Below are positions 10,592-17,945 of a stretch of DNA of 64,000 nucleotides, piece by piece; position 1 is the first letter of the stretch, and every line of letters starts with the position of its first letter. Source of the stretch: Vicinamibacterales bacterium. Its GTDB lineage: Bacteria; Acidobacteriota; Vicinamibacteria; Vicinamibacterales; JAMQPK01. The notes beneath the pieces were generated by a model, which worked only from the letters and a program-made list of their open reading frames with translations, was not told where the DNA came from and did no database searches. The translations under genes and the position numbers were made by a program. The stretch is from the NCBI GenBank assembly GCA_035937795.1, contig DASZHO010000051.1:35290-99289 (forward strand), written 5' to 3'.

Positions 10592-11386
10592 CTAGCCGAG
10601 CTTCTGGAGAACTACCTGGATGCCTTCTCGGACGATCGTCATGTCACTCTGGAGAGCCGTCACGTCCTTCCGGATCCCCGTCACGTCCCCCTGAAGACTC
10701 GTCACATCCTTCCGGATCCCCGTCACGTCCCCCTGAAGACTCGTCATATCCTTCCGGATCCCCGTCACGTCCCCCTGAAGACTCGTCACATCCTTCCGAA
10801 CGCCCGTCACATCCTTCCGAACGCCCGTCACATCCTTCCGGATCCCAGTCACGTCCCCCTGAAGACTCGTCACATCCTTCCGAACACCGGTCACGTCCTT
10901 CCGGATCCCTATCACGTCCCCCTGGAGACCCGTCACATCCTTCCGAATCCCCGTCACGTCCCCCTGAAGACTCGTCACATCCTTCCGAACGCCCGTCACG
11001 TCCTTCCGGATCCCCATCGCGTCCCCCTGGAGACCCGTCACGTCCTTCCGGATCCCCATCACGCCCCCCTGGAGACCCGTCATGTCCTTCCGGATCCCCA
11101 TCACGGCCCCCTGGAGACCCGTCACATCCTTCCGGATCCCCATCACGTCCCCCTGGAGACCCGTCACATCCTTCCGGAGAGCCGTCACGTCCCCCTGAAG
11201 AATGTCGATACGGTTGTGTACCACGGCGAAGTTTTGATCTACGCCGGCGAACCGCTCGTCAAGCATTTCTGCCTGTGCGCGGAAACGCTTCTCGAGAATT
11301 CTGTCGAAGCTGTCGAGAAAGGCGTCGAATTTTTTCACTCTCTCCTCGAGCGCGTCGACGCGGGCGGCCGATGTCCTTTGCGGCAT
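10592..11386 (-). CDS. Heptad-repeat coiled-coil protein of unknown function (27 consecutive near-identical heptads)
   Basis: I place the start at the ATG at 11386-11384 (MPQRTSAARVDALEERVKKFDAFLD...) rather than at the ORF-track start. After an about 60-aa helical N-terminus come 27 heptads of the form G-I-R-K-D-V-T / S-L-Q-G-D-V-T. Hydrophobic residues follow the 3/4 spacing of coiled-coil a/d positions. The protein ends IVREGIQVVLQKLG. Confidence 0.65.
   Translation of the reverse strand: MPQRTSAARVDALEERVKKFDAFLDSFDRILEKRFRAQAEMLDERFAGVDQNFAVVHNRIDILQGDVTALRKDVTGLQGDVMGIRKDVTGLQGAVMGIRKDMTGLQGGVMGIRKDVTGLQGDAMGIRKDVTGVRKDVTSLQGDVTGIRKDVTGLQGDVIGIRKDVTGVRKDVTSLQGDVTGIRKDVTGVRKDVTGVRKDVTSLQGDVTGIRKDMTSLQGDVTGIRKDVTSLQGDVTGIRKDVTALQSDMTIVREGIQVVLQKLG
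10637..11203 (-). repeat. 21-bp tandem repeat array (27 units, two alternating unit types) encoding the heptads
   Basis: Plus-strand units cgtcacRtccttccggatccc and cgtcacgtccccctgaagact alternate with few substitutions. Both strands stay open across the array, which is why the track shows a 442-aa plus-strand ORF here. Confidence 0.9.
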
Positions 11387-11625
11387 GGCCTTGCCCGATT
11401 GCGAACGCCGTGCCGGACGACGGTAGCATCGTCGCCTCGCGAAAACAACGAGGACTGGGCGGCCGTCGCTTTTTCTGCGAGCGCGTCGAGCAGACAACAT
11501 CGCAGAATCCGCTCCGGACCACGCGCACACACTCCCGGTGGGTTATCTGCAATGGTGAAGCACGTCGTTGATGAACGCGAGGTCGACGTTGCGCACCGGC
11601 AGATTGGGGTCTGTAAATTTCCTGG

Positions 11626-13329
11626 TTACGTGCTGATTTTCTTCCAGTTCTTAGCCAGATGCTCCGCCGTCCGCCACGCGAGGGCTTGCGCGGTCAGCGT
11701 AGGATTGTGCGCGCCGCTGGTGCCCATGACGCTGGCGCCGAGGATGCCGAGGTTCGGCGCTTCGTGCGAAAAGCCCCACGCATCGGCGACGTTGGTCTCG
11801 GGGTTGGCGCCCATCCGCGTGCCACCGTAGGCGTGCGTCGTCGGACCCATCGTGCCGACCGGGCCGCGCTGCACCGCGATCGCCCCGGCCGCGCGATACC
11901 ATTGCTCCATCTTGCCCTGGATGAACGCGGCCGATTTGCGCTCGTTCTCCTTGTAGTCGGCGGTGATCCGGCAGACGGGCGAACCAAGCGGATCCTTCAC
12001 GGACGGATCGAGGTCGAGATAATTATCTTCGTACGGCAAGGTCGTCTTCTGCAGATATGCGCTGTGCCAGCGGTCCGCGTTGGCGTGGATAAAGCTTTTC
12101 CACGCCGATCCCCAGACGGGCGCTTTGCCGAAGGTGCTCATGCTCGCCGCGCTGATCGGCCGGCGGTCGGAATAGACAAACATGTTGCCGCCGCCGATGA
12201 AATCCAACGATCCGTGCTCAAAATTATCGTCGGCCCAATCGTCGATCGCAACGCCCTGCGCAGGCAGGCCGTACCAATTGTTCAGGTTGAATGGAAACAG
12301 CGCGGTGACGCCGGCGCCCTGATTGTGGCTGAAATAGTGACGTCCCACCTGTCCATGGTTATTCGAGAGGCCGTTCGGAAATGCCTTCGACTTGGACAGC
12401 AGCAGCGTGCGGACGTTCTCGTACGTGTAAGTGGCGAGCAAAACCACGGATGACGGCTGAAAGTACGTCTCCCTATCCTTTATATAAGTCACGCCGCTGA
12501 CGCGGCCGTTGGCGTCCACGTTGATCCCGGTCACGTGCGCTTCAGTCACCACGGCCAGCTTGCCGGTTTTCTGCGCCTTCGGAATCGTCGTGACCGCGGT
12601 CGAGCCTTTCGCGCTGACGTGACAGCCGCCGCGGTTGCAATAGCCGTGGTACACGCAGCCGGAGCGATTGCCATAGGCCTTGCTATTGATTGCCGCCGGC
12701 CCGGGAAACGGATGCCAGCCGAGGCCGTGGGCGACCGACGCCATCTTGTCGTGCCACTCGCTCCAGCGCAGCGGCGGCATCGGGTACTCGCGCTTGCGGG
12801 GCCCCTCAAAAATATTCCCGCGCGGATCGATCGCGCCGCTGATGTTCCCTGCCTTCCCCGAGACGCCAATCTCCTGCTCGACGATGTCGTAGTAGGGTTC
12901 GAGGTCTTCGAGGGCGATCGGCCAGTCTTCCACCGTTGAGCCCTTCGGGATGCGCGACGCGCCGTAGCGCCTCGTGGTTTCGCTGACAACCTTGAAATCC
13001 CACGGGTTGAGCCGCCAGCTCTGCGCCCAATAGTGAAGGGACGTTCCGCCGACAGCGTTCATCATCGGATGGATCGCGGGGCGGGGCGAGTACCCTGTGC
13101 TTGCGTTGGGCCGATGGGTGGGGACTTCGTGCTGAGCTTTCTGCACAGCCTGCGGCCAGGCGCGGAAATTATTTCTGATTTCGTCAGGCGCAAAATCCTT
13201 TGGGGCCAACCAGGTGCCCGCTTCCAAGCCGACGACTTCGATGCCGGCTTGAGTGAGCGGAAGGACGGCGACGCCGCCGGTGGCTCCAAGGCCGATGACG
13301 ATGACGTCTGTTTTTTTCAGAGTCGGCAT
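11626..13329 (-). CDS. GMC-family FAD oxidoreductase (gluconate 2-dehydrogenase flavoprotein-like large subunit)
   Basis: Rossmann FAD motif VIVIGLGATGGVAVLPLTQAGIEVVGLEAG and a GMC-type C-terminus (HAYGGTRMG...HNPTLT). I prefer the ATG at 13329 (MPTLKKTDV) because a GAGG lies about 10 nt upstream. The ORF track starts at a GTG at 13344. Confidence 0.85.
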   Translation of the reverse strand: MPTLKKTDVIVIGLGATGGVAVLPLTQAGIEVVGLEAGTWLAPKDFAPDEIRNNFRAWPQAVQKAQHEVPTHRPNASTGYSPRPAIHPMMNAVGGTSLHYWAQSWRLNPWDFKVVSETTRRYGASRIPKGSTVEDWPIALEDLEPYYDIVEQEIGVSGKAGNISGAIDPRGNIFEGPRKREYPMPPLRWSEWHDKMASVAHGLGWHPFPGPAAINSKAYGNRSGCVYHGYCNRGGCHVSAKGSTAVTTIPKAQKTGKLAVVTEAHVTGINVDANGRVSGVTYIKDRETYFQPSSVVLLATYTYENVRTLLLSKSKAFPNGLSNNHGQVGRHYFSHNQGAGVTALFPFNLNNWYGLPAQGVAIDDWADDNFEHGSLDFIGGGNMFVYSDRRPISAASMSTFGKAPVWGSAWKSFIHANADRWHSAYLQKTTLPYEDNYLDLDPSVKDPLGSPVCRITADYKENERKSAAFIQGKMEQWYRAAGAIAVQRGPVGTMGPTTHAYGGTRMGANPETNVADAWGFSHEAPNLGILGASVMGTSGAHNPTLTAQALAWRTAEHLAKNWKKIST

Positions 13330-13346
13330 GATTCGCTGCCTCACGT

Positions 13347-13386
13347 GGGCTCAGGGCTCAAGGCTCAGGGCTCAAGGCTCAGGGCT
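13347..13386. repeat. Heptamer tandem array RGGCTCA x5 plus a partial unit
   Basis: gggctca gggctca aggctca gggctca aggctca gggct. It fills the gap between the subunit-3 stop and the GMC start. On the coding (minus) strand it reads (TGAGCCY)n, and the first TGA is the actual stop of the upstream gene. Confidence 0.9.
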
Positions 13387-14056
13387 TCGAGAACATCACG
13401 TAGTCGTACGCGCTCTTGTGGTTCGCCTTCGCCGGCGCGGACATGCTCTGCTCGCTCGCGGCGACCGAGAGGCGGACGCCGGGATAGGCAATCAGATCCC
13501 AGCCGACCATGCCGGCGTTGCCGCCGTAAATCGGATCGCAGAACATGCCTTGCAGCGTGTGAGCGCGGATCAGGTTGAAAAATGCAGCCGAGCTCGGAAT
13601 GAACCCGAGCTCGACGTCCTGCTCCATTTCACTGAGCACGGCGTTCTGTTGATTGACGCCAAGGTCTCCGAATGAACGGGCGGACGGTTCCTTCGACCGC
13701 GCGTAGACATTGATCGCAGCAAGGCCCACCGAATAGTCATCGCGATACGACGCGAGCGCTCCGTCGAGCGCGTTATCGATGTACCGTGCGGCGCGCGCTT
13801 CTGTCGCGCCAGGGCCGAGCTCGTCGGTGGGCACGAGCCGCGCGCAGATCGCCTCGAGCGTGGCGAGCTCGGTTGCCGTGAGCGCACCGCCGTCGGCTAA
13901 GATCGGGTTTTGGCGGACGATGCCGGCTTGCGCCTGGGTCACGGCGAGGAGCCCGCGGCGGAAGAGCAGCACCCGACTCAATTCGGGAAGCCCCACGACG
14001 GCGACTCCGGCGAGCCCGGCCCGCTTCAGCCATTCGCGACGCGAAACCTCGACCAT
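13379..14056 (-). CDS. Gluconate 2-dehydrogenase subunit 3-family small subunit with a TAT signal
   Basis: 225-aa ORF with the twin-arginine signal SRREWLKRAGLAGVAVVG. It lies directly upstream of the GMC flavoprotein on the same strand, the usual pairing for this family. Confidence 0.7.
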   Translation of the reverse strand: MVEVSRREWLKRAGLAGVAVVGLPELSRVLLFRRGLLAVTQAQAGIVRQNPILADGGALTATELATLEAICARLVPTDELGPGATEARAARYIDNALDGALASYRDDYSVGLAAINVYARSKEPSARSFGDLGVNQQNAVLSEMEQDVELGFIPSSAAFFNLIRAHTLQGMFCDPIYGGNAGMVGWDLIAYPGVRLSVAASEQSMSAPAKANHKSAYDYVMFSKP

Positions 14057-14251
14057 GCTTCCTCCAAGCGTGGTGAGAGATTAGCACTCCCTTGACCCAA
14101 TCGGAGTCGCAGAAATTGCGCTCCAACCCTTCGGCCCCGGTATACTTTTTCGTGATTTGGTTGGCGATGTACGTCGCCACTCCACCTCGAGAACCGCGAC
14201 CAGAAGCGGAAAACAGTCCAAGTAGCGACGCTTCGTCGCCCTTCCGTCCCT

Positions 14252-14803
14252 TTACGGAATAAACGTGAACTTCGCCTGGCTGGTGACGGAATTTGCCCAG
14301 CCGAGCAGCGAGGCGCCGGGCGGGCGCACGCGCGCGGAGATGCGCACGTAATATTCGCGGTTGGGATCGAGCGTCGACGTCTTGCAGAGCTGCAGCCCCT
14401 TCAGCGACATGAGCCACTGCCGCACCACCGCCTCATCGCCGGTGACCAGCGCTTCCTGAATGCGGCCGTCGACCATCCGCGACAGATTGTGCAAGCGCGT
14501 CAGGTTGTCGTACCGATCGCTGATGGTCACCGTTATCGCGGCGATCGTGCGGTCGACCCACGCTGGCACATTTATCCGGAGCTCGACATCGTAGACAAAC
14601 GTCGTCCGCAAGCCGCTGGCGATCGCCTCGCGCACTTCGTCGGTGTACGCGTCGGCGAGCTCGGCGGAGACGATCACGGAATCGTCGCGGACGATCGGAA
14701 CGATACGCAGGGTTCCGGCCGCGCGAGCGAGAGCGCCACCGGCAACCAACGCCAACAGACAGCAAAACAGGGTTCGACGCCGCAGCATTTTCAAGATCCC
14801 CAC
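14252..14803 (-). CDS. DUF4390-like secreted protein
   Basis: Signal peptide (RRRTLFCCLLALVAGGALARAAG). The core EAIASGLRTTFVYDVELRINVPAWVDRTI...DRYDNLTRLHNLS matches my recollection of the DUF4390 pattern (GlpltFvyeveL...LsYnaLTRqY). Confidence 0.55.
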   Translation of the reverse strand: MGILKMLRRRTLFCCLLALVAGGALARAAGTLRIVPIVRDDSVIVSAELADAYTDEVREAIASGLRTTFVYDVELRINVPAWVDRTIAAITVTISDRYDNLTRLHNLSRMVDGRIQEALVTGDEAVVRQWLMSLKGLQLCKTSTLDPNREYYVRISARVRPPGASLLGWANSVTSQAKFTFIP

Positions 14804-14823
14804 CGAAACGTTGTGTGCCGACG

Positions 14824-15417
14824 TTAGTACCGAATCGCGACGGCCATGTTCGCGCGCCAGAACGAGAGATGCTCGCCGCCGAAACTGGCGCCCTGCAGCT
14901 GGTTGTCGCCCAGGCTGCTGAACCGGCGCACTTCCCAGCTCAACCCGACGCGTTTGGTCAAAAACCCGGTAACGCCACCGCCGAAATCCATCGTGGGCCG
15001 CGTGCTCGCCACGCGCAGCGCGCCAAACCTGCCGTCGATCCGGACCCGCACCATCCCCAGACCGGCGACGAAGTACGGCCGCAATGTGTACTCGGTCATC
15101 CGATGCGGCATGGCGACGATGAGATCGCCCGTCAACGTCGAGATGCCGCTGCCCAACAACAGATTCTGATCGCGACGGTGAAAAAACCCGGAGGCGCGTC
15201 CCAGATCGACGTCCAGGCCGAACACCTCGCCTATCAGCACACCGGTGACGCCGATCATCCGATGCGGGCGGGGAGCGGCCATCTCGAGATCAACGAACGT
15301 CGTGCCGCCGCCGAATGTCAAAGCCGCGAATGGCTTCACCTGCCATTCGGCCGCCGCCGGTCTTGCGATCAAAAGCAGCGGCGCAACCAGCCAAACACCG
15401 ATCCGTCCGATCCGCAT
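14824..15417 (-). CDS. Small outer-membrane beta-barrel protein
   Basis: Signal peptide (MRIGRIGVWLVAPLLLIARPAAAEW). Alternating-hydrophobicity strands rich in G/F/T. The C-terminus ends in an aromatic residue (AVAIRY), typical of the OMP beta-signal. Confidence 0.55.
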   Translation of the reverse strand: MRIGRIGVWLVAPLLLIARPAAAEWQVKPFAALTFGGGTTFVDLEMAAPRPHRMIGVTGVLIGEVFGLDVDLGRASGFFHRRDQNLLLGSGISTLTGDLIVAMPHRMTEYTLRPYFVAGLGMVRVRIDGRFGALRVASTRPTMDFGGGVTGFLTKRVGLSWEVRRFSSLGDNQLQGASFGGEHLSFWRANMAVAIRY

Positions 15418-15432
15418 TCTAGGGACGGGCCA

Positions 15433-16482
15433 CTAGCGCGCAAACAGACTCAGAAACAGCCGCGCAAACGGCGACACCATCAAATCGCCGGCCGCCAGCG
15501 GCAGCGGCTTCACCAGGCGATCGCTGTTCGCCAGCAGGATCAACGTCATGCCGCGCGCCGGCAGCGTGATCATCAGCGAAGACGCGGCGCCTTCATCCAG
15601 CCCGAACTGCCAGACGACAGCCTCAGCGTTATAGGTCTGGACGAACCATCCCAACCCATGCGGCAGCGCACGATTGCCGGGACCGATCGGCGCGCGCCAC
15701 GCGCTGTCGAGCGTCTCGGGTTCGAGCAGGATGCCCTGCTTGAGCGCGAGATCGAATTTCGCGAGGTCGTAAACCGTCGAAATCAACCCGGTCGCCGGCG
15801 TCAGGGTTTTTGCGACATACTGCGACACGACCCCTCGCCCCTTGGAATCGATGGCATATGGCGTCGCGAGGCGCTGAAGTACGTCCGCGTACCGAGCCGC
15901 CTGGTCCGGATCGGGAATGCCCTCGACCGGTGGCTGAAGAAAAATGCTGTCTGAGCCCGGCACGGAATCGACCATCGCCAGCCGCTCGAGGAGCGTGGCG
16001 AAGGTTTCGCGGAATGAGACATCGGTGCACGCGCGCACCGCATCGGAGAGCGGATCCAGCCGGTCGGGATGATAGGCAAACACCTGGTTGGCGTCGGTGT
16101 GGGTCAGCAACTGCCGGATTGTCAAGTCGGGCTGGGAGCTGTTCGACTGGAACTTTGCGATGTGGTCGTCGAGCGACAGCCGATTCTCCTCCACGCAACT
16201 CAGCACGAGCGTCGCCGTGATCATCTCGGTGAGGCCGTCGGCGTGAAAGGGTGTGTCTGTTCTCGTCACGACGTTTCGATTGAGGTCCTGCCGGCCGTAG
16301 GCGTGCTGCCACACGATTTGATTCGGGTCGACGATGGCCGCGGCAAGGCCGGGGATGCCGGCCTGGGCCCGCAGGGAATCGAGGTAGTCCCTGAACACAT
16401 CGTAGACAGGGCTCTGGGCGTAGGCCGGCGCGCAGACCAGCAGGAGGACGATAACCGCTGAAATAAGCTGTAAACGGCGCAT
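15433..16482 (-). CDS. Beta-lactamase/serine-hydrolase-fold protein, predicted catalytically inactive
   Basis: The start is set at MRRLQLISAVIVLLLVCAPAYAQ (ATG at 16482), which gives a signal peptide. The family-typical segment is PGLAAAIVD...YGRQDL...DTPFHADGLTEMITATLVL. The position of the SxxK motif reads G-L-T-E, so both Ser and Lys are replaced. Confidence 0.65.
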   Translation of the reverse strand: MRRLQLISAVIVLLLVCAPAYAQSPVYDVFRDYLDSLRAQAGIPGLAAAIVDPNQIVWQHAYGRQDLNRNVVTRTDTPFHADGLTEMITATLVLSCVEENRLSLDDHIAKFQSNSSQPDLTIRQLLTHTDANQVFAYHPDRLDPLSDAVRACTDVSFRETFATLLERLAMVDSVPGSDSIFLQPPVEGIPDPDQAARYADVLQRLATPYAIDSKGRGVVSQYVAKTLTPATGLISTVYDLAKFDLALKQGILLEPETLDSAWRAPIGPGNRALPHGLGWFVQTYNAEAVVWQFGLDEGAASSLMITLPARGMTLILLANSDRLVKPLPLAAGDLMVSPFARLFLSLFAR

Positions 16483-16760
16483 AGGCGCGGTCCGGGGGGC
16501 GAGGAGATTGTACCGGAAAAACCGGCCAAATCCACACGTCAAAGCCGCACGCGCAACAATTCTTCGATCGCGGCTCGGCGCTCGTTCGAAGAAGCGTGAA
16601 AGAACGCGAAGGCCGCGCGGCGATCGAGGGCCTGTCATGCCTTATGATTGTGGGATTGCCCGGCTGAAACCTTCGCGCGTGACTTACGTCTAAGGCTTGG
16701 TAGCAGGGCTGACCCGCCCAGACGCCCGCGTAGCGACTCCGTCCTACATCCTTACTACTT

Positions 16761-17945
16761 ATGACGAAATCACTGAATCGCCGTTTGCTCGTCGCGCTGT
16801 TGTTACTTGAGACGGCCGCCGCATGTGGCAGCCAACCAGCCGGAGGCGGGGGCGGCGGCGGTGGACGCGGCCGCGGCAATATGCCGCCGATGCCGGTCGA
16901 TATCGTGGCGCTCGAGGCGAGGCCGCTCGAGCAAACGACCGAGTTTGTCGGCACGATCAAATCGCGGCGCCAAACCAGCGTGCAACCGCAGGTGGAAGGC
17001 TTCCTCACGCGCATCAACGTGAAGTCGGGCGACCGCGTCGGCACCGGCGCCGGGCTGATGGAGATCGACTCGCGCCCGCAGCAGGCGGCCATCGCCAGCC
17101 AGGAGTCGGTGCTCACGCAGCGACAGGTCGACCTGACGTACGCGCGGCAGGAAGCCGATCGCTCAGCCAGATTACTCGCGGCGGGGGCGGCGAGTCAGAT
17201 GGACGCCGACAGGGCGAATAACGCGGTGAAGGCGGCCGAGGCGCAGCTGCGGACGGTCGAGGAACAGATCCGGGCGCTTCGCACCGACCTCGCCTATTAC
17301 CATGTCACCGCGCCTAGCGGCGGCGTCGTTGGCGATATTCCGGTACACGAAGGCGACCGCGTCACGAAAACGACGCTCCTCACGACGATTGACGCGAACG
17401 AGGGCCTCGAGGTGTATCTGAACATTCCGGTACAGGACGCCCAGAAATTGAAAATCGGCCTTCCGGTACGATTGCTGGATGAGAAGGGCGCGCCCGCGTC
17501 GGCGTCGGCGGTGAGCTTCATCGCGCCGTCGGTCGACGATTCCACGCAAACAGTTCTGGCGAAGGTGCCGATCGCCGCGCCGGGCGGATTCCGCACGTCG
17601 CAGTTCATCCGCGCGCAGGTGATCTGGTCCACCGAGCCCGGTCTGACGATTCCGGTCACGGCGGTGGTGCGCATCAACGGACAATTTTTCGCGTTCGTCG
17701 CCGAGCCCGGTCAAGGCGGCGGGCTGGCGGCGCATCAGCGTGCCGTGACTCTGGGCCCGGTCATGGGCAACAGCTACGTCGTGACTGGTGGCTTGAAGCC
17801 CGGGGAGAAGCTGATCGTGTCGGGAATTCAGAAGATCGGAGACGGCGCGCCGGTCCAGGCCAGTGCCAGTGGTCCGCCCAAAGACGAAGGGGGGAACGGT
17901 GGAAGAGAAAGCGGCGCCGCAGGACAGGCGGGAGGTGGCCGGTAA
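16761..17945 (+). CDS. RND efflux periplasmic adaptor (membrane fusion protein)
   Basis: Lipoprotein-like N-terminus (LLLLETAAACGS), a poly-Gly linker, and HlyD/AcrA-type hairpin and barrel-sandwich segments. It lies directly upstream of the RND pump. Confidence 0.85.
   Translation: MTKSLNRRLLVALLLLETAAACGSQPAGGGGGGGGRGRGNMPPMPVDIVALEARPLEQTTEFVGTIKSRRQTSVQPQVEGFLTRINVKSGDRVGTGAGLMEIDSRPQQAAIASQESVLTQRQVDLTYARQEADRSARLLAAGAASQMDADRANNAVKAAEAQLRTVEEQIRALRTDLAYYHVTAPSGGVVGDIPVHEGDRVTKTTLLTTIDANEGLEVYLNIPVQDAQKLKIGLPVRLLDEKGAPASASAVSFIAPSVDDSTQTVLAKVPIAAPGGFRTSQFIRAQVIWSTEPGLTIPVTAVVRINGQFFAFVAEPGQGGGLAAHQRAVTLGPVMGNSYVVTGGLKPGEKLIVSGIQKIGDGAPVQASASGPPKDEGGNGGRESGAAGQAGGGR

Noticed and set aside
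10637-11203. Possible CRISPR array (regular short repeats)
   Set aside because: The units are contiguous 21-mers with no unique spacers. The periodicity is a multiple of 3 and is fully coding. No cas genes are in the window.
10502-11830. 442-aa plus-strand ORF through the 21-bp repeat array (…RHVLPDPRHVPLKTRHILPDP…)
   Set aside because: It is open only because the tandem repeat lacks stops on both strands. It runs into the 3' end of the GMC gene, has no plausible start context, and gives a Pro/His/Arg-rich nonsense-like sequence. The minus-strand frame gives a clean a/d heptad coiled coil with sensible N- and C-termini.
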